From Opitutales bacterium (GTDB taxonomy: Bacteria > Verrucomicrobiota > Verrucomicrobiia > Opitutales > UBA953): a stretch of 64,000 nt of DNA. The stretch lies in the NCBI GenBank assembly GCA_017440935.1, contig JAFSAO010000020.1:13955-77954 (forward strand), read 5' to 3'. A model generated the notes under the pieces. The model was not told where the DNA came from and did not search any database. It was given only the letters and a program-made list of their open reading frames with translations. Each line of letters begins with the position of its first letter. The stretch's first letter is position 1. Shown one piece after another: positions 50,693 to 60,198 of this stretch. Made by a program: the position numbers and the translations under genes.

Positions 50693-51682
50693 ATGCAAAA
50701 AATTAAACTCGGAATCTTGGGTTACGGAAATCTCGGTCGCGGCGTAGAGCTCGCCATTGCGCAAAATGACGATATGGAACTCGTCGGCGTTTTCTCTCGT
50801 CGGAAACCGGAAACCGTGAAAACCGCACTCGCGGGAACGAAGGTTTACTCGCTCGAAGCGATGAGCGATTTTGTCGGAAAAATCGACGTGATGATTCTCT
50901 GCGGCGGGAGCGCGACGGACCTTCCGAAACAAACGCCGGAATGTGTCGCCAAGTTTAACTGTATCGACAGCTTTGACACGCACGCGAAAATTCCGGAACA
51001 CTTCGCCGCCGTGGACGCCGCCGCGAAACAGGCGGGAACGGTCGGAATTATTTCCGTCGGTTGGGACCCGGGGATGTTTTCGCTGAATCGTCTTTACGGG
51101 AACGCGTTGCTTCCGCAGGGGAAGGATTACACGTTCTGGGGCAAGGGCGTCAGCCAAGGTCATTCCGATGCGATTCGCCGCGTGGAGGGTGTTGCCGACG
51201 GAAAGCAATACACCGTTCCCGTGACGGAAGCGCTCGACGCCGTTCGTGCCGGAAAAAATCCCGAATTGTCCACACGACAAAAGCATACGCGCGAATGTTT
51301 TGTCGTCGCCAAGCCCGGAGCAGATTTGGCTCGTATCGAAAACGAAATCAAGACGATGCCGAACTACTTCGCGGATTACGATACGACGGTGCATTTCATT
51401 TCGCAGGAAGAACTCGACCGCGACCACGCGGGCATTCCGCACGGCGGATTTGTGCTTCGTAGCGGAGCTACCGGCGTGGACGGCGAAACGGCGCACGTCA
51501 TTGAATACGGAATCAAGCTCGGGTCGAATCCGGAATTTACGGCGAGCGTGCTCGTCGCTTACGCGCGTGCCGCCACGCGTCTTGTCGCTCACGGCGGGAA
51601 GGGCGCTTACACGGTGTTTGACATTCCTCCGGCGTGGCTTTCCCCGAAATCCGGTGCCGAGCTTCGTGCAGAATTGCTCTGA
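50693..51682 (+). CDS. ddh: meso-diaminopimelate D-dehydrogenase
   Basis: GYGNLG, CGGSATD, DSFDTH, GWDPGMFS, GVSQGHSDA and HGGFV motifs. Confidence 0.95.
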   Translation: MQKIKLGILGYGNLGRGVELAIAQNDDMELVGVFSRRKPETVKTALAGTKVYSLEAMSDFVGKIDVMILCGGSATDLPKQTPECVAKFNCIDSFDTHAKIPEHFAAVDAAAKQAGTVGIISVGWDPGMFSLNRLYGNALLPQGKDYTFWGKGVSQGHSDAIRRVEGVADGKQYTVPVTEALDAVRAGKNPELSTRQKHTRECFVVAKPGADLARIENEIKTMPNYFADYDTTVHFISQEELDRDHAGIPHGGFVLRSGATGVDGETAHVIEYGIKLGSNPEFTASVLVAYARAATRLVAHGGKGAYTVFDIPPAWLSPKSGAELRAELL

Positions 51683-51698
51683 GCTCGTTTCCTGAAAT

Positions 51699-51746
51699 AA
51701 ATAAAAAGACCTTAAAGTCATTGGCGGCTTTAAGGTCTTTTTATTT
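51699..51746. terminator. Bidirectional intrinsic terminator between ddh and gatB
   Basis: AAATAAAAAGACCTTAAAGTC / GGCTTTAAGGTCTTTTTATTT stem. Confidence 0.85.
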
Positions 51747-51767
51747 TTGAAATTCTGAAAAAAAAAC

Positions 51768-53228
51768 TTACGCCAAAAGTTTGCGCATGATTTCGTCCAC
51801 TTTTGCGGGATTGGCTTTTCCGCGAGACGCTTTCATCACCTGACCTTTGAGGACGTTGATGACTTTTTCGTTCCCGCCTTTGAAGGAGGCGACGGCATCG
51901 GCGTTTTTCGGGTCGGCAATTACGGCGGAAATCATGGCTTCGAGTTCGCCGGAATCGGAACTCTGTGCCAAGCCTTTTTCCTTGATGATGTCGGCGGCGG
52001 ATTTACCGGTATTCCACATATCGGCAAAAACTTCCTTCGCCTGCTGTTTGGAAATCGTTCCCGCTTCGACGGTTTCGACGAGCCCGGCGAGTGCTTCCGG
52101 AGAAATCTTGCTGTCGGCAATCGTCGCTTCCGTTCCCGTAGCGGCGATTTCGCGCAGAATTTCGTTCACGATGAGGTTTGCCGTCTGCTGCGGCGCTTTC
52201 GGGAACGCGGCAACGGATTTTTCAAAAAAGTCGCAAAGCGCGCGATCGGGAATGAGGACCGACGTGATCGTGTAGGGCAAGCCGAAATCCGCCATGTAGC
52301 GGCGTTGGCGGTCGAACGGCTTTTCCGGCAAGTCGGCGCGAAGGCGCGCGAGCCACTCGTCGTCAACTTTCACCGGCATCAAATCCGGATCCGGGAAATA
52401 GCGGTAGTCGTGCGCGTTTTCCTTGGATCTCATCGAGTAAGTATGCCCGGTTTCGGCGTTCCAGCCGCGCGTTTCCTGAACGATTTTTTCACCGTTTTCG
52501 TAAGCGCGAATCTGGCGTTTGATTTCAAAATTGATGCAGTTGCGCACGCCCGTGAGCGAGTTGACGTTTTTCATTTCGGTGCGCGTGCGCAGTTCGTTCG
52601 TTCCCGCCGGACGCACGGAAACGTTCGCATCGCAACGGAGCTGACCTTTTTCCATATCGCAGTCGGAAAGCCCGGCGGCGTTCAAAATCATGCGAAGCGC
52701 GTTCAAAAGCGCGACGGCTTCCTCTGCGGAGTGCATATCGGGCTCCGTGACGATTTCGAGGAGCGTCGTTCCCGCGCGGTTGTAATCAACGAGCGAAGTC
52801 GTTCCGCCGTGCGTGAGTTTGCCTACGTCTTCTTCCAAGTGAGCGTGGTTGATGCGAATTTTTTTGTGTTCGCCCATCACGTTGCGGGAAGGGCCGGGAA
52901 GCTCGATTTCGACTTCGCCGGGACCGACGATGGCTTCTTCGGCGAGTTGCGTAATTTGGTAATTTTTCGGACTGTCCGGATAAAAATAATTTTTGCGCGA
53001 CCAGCGGGAAATTTTCGGCATTTTCGCGTCAATCATCAGCCCGAATTTCATGGATTTTTCCACGGATTCGCGATTGAGCACGGGAAGCGCGCCCGGAAGT
53101 GCGAGCACGGTCGGGTCGATCAGTTTGTTCGGCGGTTCGCCGAATCCTGCGGGCGTTCCCGCAAAAACTTTGCTCTTGGCTTTGAGCTGAACGTGAATTT
53201 CCAGACCGATAACTGCTTCGTATTCCAT
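51768..53228 (-). CDS. gatB: Asp-tRNA(Asn)/Glu-tRNA(Gln) amidotransferase subunit B
   Basis: IGLEIHVQL, RKNYFYPD, HLEED, DYNRAG, LRCDANVS and DYRYFPDPDL motifs. Confidence 0.97.
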   Translation of the reverse strand: MEYEAVIGLEIHVQLKAKSKVFAGTPAGFGEPPNKLIDPTVLALPGALPVLNRESVEKSMKFGLMIDAKMPKISRWSRKNYFYPDSPKNYQITQLAEEAIVGPGEVEIELPGPSRNVMGEHKKIRINHAHLEEDVGKLTHGGTTSLVDYNRAGTTLLEIVTEPDMHSAEEAVALLNALRMILNAAGLSDCDMEKGQLRCDANVSVRPAGTNELRTRTEMKNVNSLTGVRNCINFEIKRQIRAYENGEKIVQETRGWNAETGHTYSMRSKENAHDYRYFPDPDLMPVKVDDEWLARLRADLPEKPFDRQRRYMADFGLPYTITSVLIPDRALCDFFEKSVAAFPKAPQQTANLIVNEILREIAATGTEATIADSKISPEALAGLVETVEAGTISKQQAKEVFADMWNTGKSAADIIKEKGLAQSSDSGELEAMISAVIADPKNADAVASFKGGNEKVINVLKGQVMKASRGKANPAKVDEIMRKLLA

Positions 53229-53435
53229 GAGAAAAAATTATTGGCGAAAACGATACGCTTTTGCCCGCGTTCCCGCAAACGATTTTATCCGTGATGCTGT
53301 GGTTTCATGGAAAGATTTGTGTTTAGGAAATTGCGTGTGTTCCCGTGACGTTTTCCGTTAAATAAAATTTTTGTGTTTATTTGTATTCATTCGCGATTCC
53401 TTTTCGCGTAGAATCACGACTTCAACTTTTTTAGG

Positions 53436-55811
53436 ATGCAAATTTTTCAAGTCGGACAAAAAAAGAAACTTCGGGATGCCTCGCCGGAACAGCGTCGCGG
53501 CGGCATAGGTCGTTGGCTGGCTTCGGCGACCTGCGTGTTGGTGTTTGTCGTGCTCGTCGCCTTGGTCGCGTTTTGGGGGAGACCGCCGCACACGCCGATC
53601 ATTTTCAAAGGCATGCAGCTGACGTTCCGTTTTGATGCGCCGTTTGATTTTTCCTATGAAAGCGCCGTCCGCAAGCGCGCGAAAGAGGAAGAAGCGCTCT
53701 ACAACGTCGTTCCCGTGTATCGTCCGGACATGGAGCAAATCAACAAAACGCTGGAAAAATACATGGCGGTGGGCGATGCCGTAGTCGAAAACTTCGACGA
53801 ACTTTACAGCACAACGGACCGCGCTGAACGCTTGGACGCGATTCTTTCGATTTTTGAAGAACTGAAAGTCTCGGACAGCGATGAGGCGTTGCACAATATT
53901 TTGAACCGCTTAGCAATGGATGTTTCCCGCCTGATCGACAGTTGCGTAACTGCCGAGCGATACAAATTGCTGACGGATGAAAGCATCCGCATTTTCAGAA
54001 ATTTGGCGGAAGACGGAATCGCTGATGAAAAAAATCGCGGCACGACGTATTCGACATTTTTGCAACGCGGCGGAATGACTCCGACGGAATTTCGCAGAAA
54101 GTTTTCGGAAGAAGTCGAAGTTTTCTGCTGGCGAACGGTTTTTAACGGTTTTCCCGTGGAGCGACTGACACAGTGCGTTCCCGTGGTCGTGGATTTGTTT
54201 TCGCCGCTGATGCGTCCGAATGTCGTGTTTGACGCGGAGACGACGACGAAGCAAAAAGACGCGGCGGTCGCGGCGGTTGCTCCCGTCGTGGTGCGTGTGG
54301 AAGAAGGAACGCCGTTGCTGCTTCCGGGAATGCGCGTGGATGAGGAAATCGCGGAGCGCTGGTTTGCGTATCGCTCGGCGCAGTCGGAGCATGAAACGCG
54401 GCGGCTCGGCGTGTCGATTTCGTTTTTGACGAATTTACTTTATGTTTTCTGCGTGGTCGTCATTGCGGTTATTTACCGGAGTTTGCTGATTCCGTCAGGC
54501 GGGAAACCTTTGCGCCGCCGTCTGCTTTTCACGGGCGTGATGTCGGTGATAAACATTTTGCTGATTCGCGTGGTTTTGGAAGTGACGGAATCCGAAACGG
54601 CGATTCAGGCGTTCGGCCCGATGGGCGATGCGTTGGTTTGGCTTTCGTCTCCGGCGATTGTGGCGATTTCGGTTTCGGCGATTGCGGGAGCGCCGTTGGG
54701 GATTCTTGCGTCGTTATTTGTCGGTGCGGTGGCATCGCTGATGCTTGGCGGGAACATCCAGATTCTGATGATGATTTCCGTGGCATCGTTGATTGCGGTG
54801 AAGATTTCCCGCAATGCGATGAAACGCTCGACGCTGGTGCGCGCGGGCTTCTACTCCGGGTTGGCAATGGCGATTACGGCGATTTTCATCGGCTACTACG
54901 CGGAAACATCGTGGCTTCAGGTTTTTGCCAACACGATTCTTGCGATTCTGATCGGACTTTTCTACGGCGTTGTTTCCGCAGGTGTGCTCGGTATGCTTGA
55001 AGGCGTTTTCCGCGCGCGAACGAATATCACGTTTATCGAACTTGCAGACTACAATCACCCGCTGTTGCGTAAGTTGCAACTCGTCGCTCCGGGAACGTTC
55101 CACCATTGCGTGATGGTTTCCAACTACGCGGAGCAGGCGGCGCACGAAGTCGGCGCAAATACCGCGCTTTGCAAATGTGCGGCGCTGTTTCACGATATCG
55201 GAAAAACGTTCAAACCCGAATATTTTACGGAAAATCAAGGCAACGACCGCAATCCGCACGACGATATCACGCCGCAGATGTCGGCTCTGATTATCAAAAG
55301 CCATGTGCGCGACGGTGCTGAACTCGCGGCGGAATATCACTTGCCGGAACGCGTGCGCGACGTTATCGAGCAACACCACGGGACGAGCCTTGTCGGATAC
55401 TTTTTCAAAAAAGCAAAAGATCTTGCCGTTGCCGAAGAGGGCGAGGGCGCCGTCGTTGACGAAAAACATTTCCGTTACGACGGACCGAAGCCGCGCTCGC
55501 TCGAAGCCGCCATCATTATGATGTGCGACATCGTCGAAGCCGCCTCTCGCTCACTGAAAAAAATCACGCCGCAAGCCGTGGAAGAACTTGTAAGTTCGCT
55601 TATCCGCGCGCGCATTTACGACGGCGAATTTGACGAATGCTCCATCACGATGTCGCAAATTTCCGTGATTCGCGCAAGCCTCGTCAAATCCGTCCTGCAC
55701 ACGTTCCATCACCGCGTGGAATACCCGAAAGATGCGGGCGGCGTAGCGCCTTCGGACAGCGTTCCCGTAGACAAACGCACGAAGGTGCGCGTCGTCAGAA
55801 AGGACATTTGA
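53436..55811 (+). CDS. 7TM-HD phosphohydrolase (YqfF/PgpH-like)
   Basis: N-terminal TM, large extracytoplasmic domain and 7 TM helices, then APGTFHH, HDIGK, IIKSHV, EQHHG, YDGPKP and CDIVEA. Confidence 0.88.
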   Translation: MQIFQVGQKKKLRDASPEQRRGGIGRWLASATCVLVFVVLVALVAFWGRPPHTPIIFKGMQLTFRFDAPFDFSYESAVRKRAKEEEALYNVVPVYRPDMEQINKTLEKYMAVGDAVVENFDELYSTTDRAERLDAILSIFEELKVSDSDEALHNILNRLAMDVSRLIDSCVTAERYKLLTDESIRIFRNLAEDGIADEKNRGTTYSTFLQRGGMTPTEFRRKFSEEVEVFCWRTVFNGFPVERLTQCVPVVVDLFSPLMRPNVVFDAETTTKQKDAAVAAVAPVVVRVEEGTPLLLPGMRVDEEIAERWFAYRSAQSEHETRRLGVSISFLTNLLYVFCVVVIAVIYRSLLIPSGGKPLRRRLLFTGVMSVINILLIRVVLEVTESETAIQAFGPMGDALVWLSSPAIVAISVSAIAGAPLGILASLFVGAVASLMLGGNIQILMMISVASLIAVKISRNAMKRSTLVRAGFYSGLAMAITAIFIGYYAETSWLQVFANTILAILIGLFYGVVSAGVLGMLEGVFRARTNITFIELADYNHPLLRKLQLVAPGTFHHCVMVSNYAEQAAHEVGANTALCKCAALFHDIGKTFKPEYFTENQGNDRNPHDDITPQMSALIIKSHVRDGAELAAEYHLPERVRDVIEQHHGTSLVGYFFKKAKDLAVAEEGEGAVVDEKHFRYDGPKPRSLEAAIIMMCDIVEAASRSLKKITPQAVEELVSSLIRARIYDGEFDECSITMSQISVIRASLVKSVLHTFHHRVEYPKDAGGVAPSDSVPVDKRTKVRVVRKDI

Positions 55812-55816
55812 GCACG

Positions 55817-56347
55817 ATGAGCGAGGCAGACGTTTTTTGCGGACGGGAAAATTTTTCCGTCGACGAAACGGAAATTTCCGCCGTTGTCGCTTGCCTGCGG
55901 GAACACGCGCCGTGGGATTTTCCGGCGGGAACGCTTTCCGTCGCTTTTCTCGGCGACGAAGAAATCTGCCGTATGCACGAGGAATTTCTTTCCGATCCGT
56001 CAAAAACCGACGTGATTACGTTTCCGGGAGACGAGGTTTTTTCCTCGCCGCGGGAACGCGCTACGCACGCGGGAACGGATACGGCGAATCCGGTGTCGGA
56101 CGAAGCCGCATTTGCGGGTGAAATCTGCGTTTGCGTGGATCAGGCTGTGCGCGTGGCGAAAGAACTGAACGTTGCTCCCGCCGACGAACTTTTGCTCTAC
56201 CTCGTTCACGGCTGGTTGCACCTCGCCGGGCTCGACGATATTGAGGAATCCGACCGTCAAGCAATGCGTGCGGCGGAAGCACTCGCGCTGGATTTGCTTC
56301 GCGAAAAAAATCTCGCACCGCTCAAAACTGCCGTGTTTCCGCAGTAA
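55817..56347 (+). CDS. ybeY: rRNA maturation endoribonuclease
   Basis: MHEEFL..PSKTDVITFP, GEICV and YLVHGWLHLAG motifs; follows the 7TM-HD gene as in the known yqfF-ybeY arrangement. Confidence 0.88.
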   Translation: MSEADVFCGRENFSVDETEISAVVACLREHAPWDFPAGTLSVAFLGDEEICRMHEEFLSDPSKTDVITFPGDEVFSSPRERATHAGTDTANPVSDEAAFAGEICVCVDQAVRVAKELNVAPADELLLYLVHGWLHLAGLDDIEESDRQAMRAAEALALDLLREKNLAPLKTAVFPQ

Positions 56348-56369
56348 AATTTTCTTTCGGGCAAAAAAA

Positions 56370-57359
56370 ATGCACGATTTTTCAAAATATTTGGGCGAAG
56401 CCGCACTTCGCGATGCCGAGCTGAAAAAAGGCGGTGGGACGCGGCGCTTTTTTCGGGAGGATTTTCGCGGCGTTCCCGCCGTGTTTTGCTTTTACGACGA
56501 CGCGAAGGAGGAAAACCGCTACTACGCCGCTCTCGCGGTGTTTTTGAAGAAAATCGGCGTTCCCGCACCGGCGGTTTTGCTCGATGTGCCCGAAGAAAAA
56601 CTGCTCGTGATGGAAGATCTCGGAGCGACGGATCTTTGGACGCTCCGCCGGGAAAACGCGCCGGATTGCACCCGCGCGTATCGCTCCGCGCTCAACGGAC
56701 TTGCGCGCCTGCACACGTGCGGTTTGGAAAATCTCGGTGCGGAAACACCGATTATGCGCGACGGGTTCAATCGTGCTTACTACAAGTGGGAACGCGATTA
56801 TTTCTTGAAAAACGCACTCGACGAAGGCTTGCAAATTCCGCTTTCCGCGCGGGAACGCATCGCACTTGAAACCGAACTTGCCGCACTTGCCGAGGATTTA
56901 CTCACGCTCCCGCCGCAACTTGTTCACCGCGATTGTCAGTCGCAGAATATTTTGTGGAAAAACGGCGCGGCGCATTTCATTGATTTTCAGGGAATGCGCG
57001 TCGGAACGGGTTGGTATGATGTCGCCTCGCTCCTGTTTGATCCGTATGTCGAAATTTCCGCGCGGGAACGACGCGTGCTGTTTGAATTTTACTGCGAAAA
57101 AATCGGCGTTCCCGCCGACGAGTCCGCCGAGCAAAAATTTTCCCGAGCTGCCGCGCAACGCCTGATGCAGGCTCTCGGAGCATACTTTTTCCTTTCCGCA
57201 AAAATGGGCAAACCGCATTTTCGCGCGCACGCGCTTCCGGCGCTGGAAAATCTTGTTTCCGTTTCGGCGGGAACGCTTCCGCTTCTTCATACGCTTGCCG
57301 AAAAAATGTTGGCGCGGGAACGTATTCTCCACGCCTCTTCATCGCATCCTGATTTCTAA
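56370..57359 (+). CDS. Aminoglycoside-phosphotransferase-fold kinase, AmgK-like (MurNAc/GlcNAc kinase)
   Basis: RRFFR, LVMEDLG, LVHRDCQSQNI, IDFQG, YDVASLL.DPY and QRLMQALGAY motifs. Confidence 0.78.
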   Translation: MHDFSKYLGEAALRDAELKKGGGTRRFFREDFRGVPAVFCFYDDAKEENRYYAALAVFLKKIGVPAPAVLLDVPEEKLLVMEDLGATDLWTLRRENAPDCTRAYRSALNGLARLHTCGLENLGAETPIMRDGFNRAYYKWERDYFLKNALDEGLQIPLSARERIALETELAALAEDLLTLPPQLVHRDCQSQNILWKNGAAHFIDFQGMRVGTGWYDVASLLFDPYVEISARERRVLFEFYCEKIGVPADESAEQKFSRAAAQRLMQALGAYFFLSAKMGKPHFRAHALPALENLVSVSAGTLPLLHTLAEKMLARERILHASSSHPDF

Positions 57360-57398
57360 TTTTTCATTCATAATTTATAATTCCAAATTTCTTTTATT

Positions 57399-58121
57399 AT
57401 GATTATTCGACCCGACAACAGAGAAGCTGACCAGCTTCGCCCGATTTCCTTCCAGCCCGGCATCGCCCCGCACGCCGCCGGTTCCGTGCTCGCTTGCTTC
57501 GGCAATACGCGCGTTATTTGCGCCGCGACGCTCGAAGAAAAAGTCCCCACATGGATGCGTGTGCAGGGCGTGAAGGGCGGCTGGCTTACCGCCGAGTATT
57601 CGTTGCTCCCGTATTCGACGCTCGACCGCAAGGCGCGTGATATTTCCCGGGGAAAACTCGACGGGCGGACGGTGGAAATTCAGCGTCTCATCGGGCGCGC
57701 GCTTCGTGCCGTTATCGATCTTGAAAAACTCGAAGGCATGACGCTTTGGATAGATTGTGATGTTTTGCAGGCGGACGGCGGCACGCGCACTGCCTCTATC
57801 TCCGGCGCTTACGTTGCCGCGAAACTCGCAATTAAAAAATTTATCGAAGCGGGAAAACTCGCCGAAGATCCGTTCACGGATTCCGTTGCCGCCATCAGCG
57901 TCGGTATGTATCAGGAAACGCCGATTCTCGACTTGTGCTATGTGGAGGACAAAGATGCGGCGGTCGACGCGAACGTCGTCATGACGGGAACGGGGCGTTT
58001 CGTCGAACTTCAATCTTCGGGAGAAGAGGCGACGTTTTCTCCCGAAGAGCTCGCGGCGATGATTGCGCTCGGAAAAAAAGGCATCGCCGAAATTTTCGCT
58101 ATCCAGAAAAAACTTCTTTGA
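57399..58121 (+). CDS. rph: Ribonuclease PH
   Basis: GWLTAEYSLLP, GRTVEIQRLIGRALR and DVLQADGGTRTA motifs. Confidence 0.97.
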   Translation: MIIRPDNREADQLRPISFQPGIAPHAAGSVLACFGNTRVICAATLEEKVPTWMRVQGVKGGWLTAEYSLLPYSTLDRKARDISRGKLDGRTVEIQRLIGRALRAVIDLEKLEGMTLWIDCDVLQADGGTRTASISGAYVAAKLAIKKFIEAGKLAEDPFTDSVAAISVGMYQETPILDLCYVEDKDAAVDANVVMTGTGRFVELQSSGEEATFSPEELAAMIALGKKGIAEIFAIQKKLL

Positions 58122-58162
58122 TTAGGAGTCAAGCATCACGCTTCAATTCTTTCATCCTCTCC

Positions 58163-58642
58163 ATGTCTTCAGAAAAAAACATAGTTTCTGCTGTGGACGC
58201 GCTGGTTTCCGGCATGAATTGCCGTCCGAGTTGGGACGAATATTTCATGGCGGCGGCGGTGCTGATCAGTATGCGCTCCGCGTGCGACCGTCTGCATGTC
58301 GGCTGTCTCGTCGTTTCTGCGGGCGAACACCCGAACCGCATTATTGCGGCGGGCTACAACGGATTTTTGCCGGGAACGCCGCATTGTTCCTGCGTGCGCG
58401 ACGGGCACGAGCAGGCAACCGTCCACGCCGAGCAAAATGCCGTTGCCGACGCCGCCAAGCGCGGCGTGAGCCTTATGGGCGCAACGGTTTACATCACTCA
58501 CTTCCCGTGCATTAATTGTGCGAAAATCCTCGCCGCTGCCGGGGTCGGCTCCGTGAAATATCTCCACGATTACCACAACGACGAACTTGTCCGCCCGCTC
58601 CTCGAAACCGCCGGTATCACCATCGAGCGTCTTGCGTTTTGA
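58163..58642 (+). CDS. dCMP deaminase (ComEB family)
   Basis: RPSWDEYFM, GYNG, HAEQNA and FPCINC motifs. Confidence 0.9.
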   Translation: MSSEKNIVSAVDALVSGMNCRPSWDEYFMAAAVLISMRSACDRLHVGCLVVSAGEHPNRIIAAGYNGFLPGTPHCSCVRDGHEQATVHAEQNAVADAAKRGVSLMGATVYITHFPCINCAKILAAAGVGSVKYLHDYHNDELVRPLLETAGITIERLAF

Positions 58643-58798
58643 CGCATTGCGGGGTGTTTTTACTCTCCGTTCCCGTGCGGCGAAATTGGTCTTGTATTTT
58701 AGAAATATTGTTCAATAATTGGGGCGATTCGCAGAGATCCCGTTTGGGATTTTTGTGAGTTGCCCTTATTTTTTACGAAGAACAAAACTCGATTGCTT

Positions 58799-60193
58799 AT
58801 GAAACCCAATTTGGATTCCGACGAAATTTATACCCCGCAGGCGGACGCTCCCGCCGAGGCGTGCGAAGATATTTCCGTGCCTGAAGAAAACGGGGAAGAT
58901 CCGCTGAAGCGCCGCGAGAAGTTTTCGTGGAAGAGTTTCGGTGGCGACGGCTTTATCGTTTCCGTGATAATTCATGCCGCTCTGATTCTCTTTGCCTTTT
59001 TCTATGTCATGGCAACTGTGAAACCGGAACCGGATCCGGAGCCGACTTTTGTGTCCGGCACCGGCGGAGGCGGGAACGGGGAAAATCCTTCCAAAACGCG
59101 CCCAATGCGCCCGAAACCGCGTGAAATGGCGACGCAGAACAAAATTGTTTCTAAAAACGCGTCGTCGTCGCTCACGCTTCCGGAAATGCCGAAGATGGAC
59201 ACATCGGGCTCGATGGGCGGAATGAAAGCGGGCGGACCTTCGTCCGGATTCGGAGACGGCGTCAACGGCGGCGGAATCGGTCCCGGGCAGGGTGTCGGCA
59301 TCGGCGGCGGGCGCAATTTTGTTTCCGCTTTCGGCGCAACTTTTTCCGGACGTCCGAGCCTCAAAGGGACGCTGTTTGACCTGAAGCGTTCCCGTGACGG
59401 AAAAATCACCTACTGCACGACCGAGGCAAACAATGCCGGCAAGCGCAAGGACGAGCTTCACAAAGCGATCGGCATACTCGACAACAATTTCGACGTGAAA
59501 AAACTCGCACAACGCTACTTTGAGGCGGGAACGAAACTTAACACTAACCAAGTTTATATTTACAAAGATTTAAAAACGAAAAATGCGATTCGTGCGGAAG
59601 CGGCGACTTCTGCGTTTGCTGACACCGAAGGTAAGCCGCCGTTCGATGCTCCGGGTTGGCTCGTCGTTTACACCGGAGATATCACGCCGCCGGAAACAGG
59701 CGAATATCGCTTCGTCGGCATGGGCGACGATGTGCTCATTGTCGGACTTGACAGAAAAACCGTATTCTACGCTTACTGGCCGGGTGAAGGCCACGGGAAT
59801 GCCGTGCGAGAACCCGCCGGCTCGAATTGGGAACCGGAAAACCACACGAAAACCGACGGCAAAGGCTCCGGAAGCGGAGGCACTATCCAAAACCACCTTT
59901 TTAAAGGTTCTTGGATGAAGCTCCAAAAGGGCAGAAAGTATAAAATCTGCATCGCGTTTGGCGAAGGCGCGGGCGGCTACGCGGGAGCAATTTTGGGTAT
60001 CGAAAAGAAGGGTGATCGTGATGAAAAAAATCCGGATGCTCCGTATTCGATTTTCAAGCTCGGGGTCGTCGATCCTGAAATTCTGGATATGCTTTTCATC
60101 GAAGGTCGTTACAAGCAGGAAGGTCCGAATTTTGGAACGAAAACCGGCAAGGGTCGCTCGGACTCGAAGTCGGGCGACCGTCGATTTCTTTAA
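58799..60193 (+). CDS. Membrane-anchored protein with Pro/Gly-rich stalk and PA14-like C-terminal domain
   Basis: TM helix FIVSVIIHAALILFAFFYVM, PEPDPEP and poly-Gly linker, GTLFDLK, and WLVVYTG.I.PPETGEYRFVGMGDD (PA14-type). Confidence 0.65.
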   Translation: MKPNLDSDEIYTPQADAPAEACEDISVPEENGEDPLKRREKFSWKSFGGDGFIVSVIIHAALILFAFFYVMATVKPEPDPEPTFVSGTGGGGNGENPSKTRPMRPKPREMATQNKIVSKNASSSLTLPEMPKMDTSGSMGGMKAGGPSSGFGDGVNGGGIGPGQGVGIGGGRNFVSAFGATFSGRPSLKGTLFDLKRSRDGKITYCTTEANNAGKRKDELHKAIGILDNNFDVKKLAQRYFEAGTKLNTNQVYIYKDLKTKNAIRAEAATSAFADTEGKPPFDAPGWLVVYTGDITPPETGEYRFVGMGDDVLIVGLDRKTVFYAYWPGEGHGNAVREPAGSNWEPENHTKTDGKGSGSGGTIQNHLFKGSWMKLQKGRKYKICIAFGEGAGGYAGAILGIEKKGDRDEKNPDAPYSIFKLGVVDPEILDMLFIEGRYKQEGPNFGTKTGKGRSDSKSGDRRFL

Positions 60194-60198
60194 TTCCA

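Noticed and set aside
58163-58642. ComEB-family gene as evidence of competence
   Set aside because: It is an ordinary dCMP deaminase family member, widespread in non-competent bacteria, and no comEA or comEC is adjacent.
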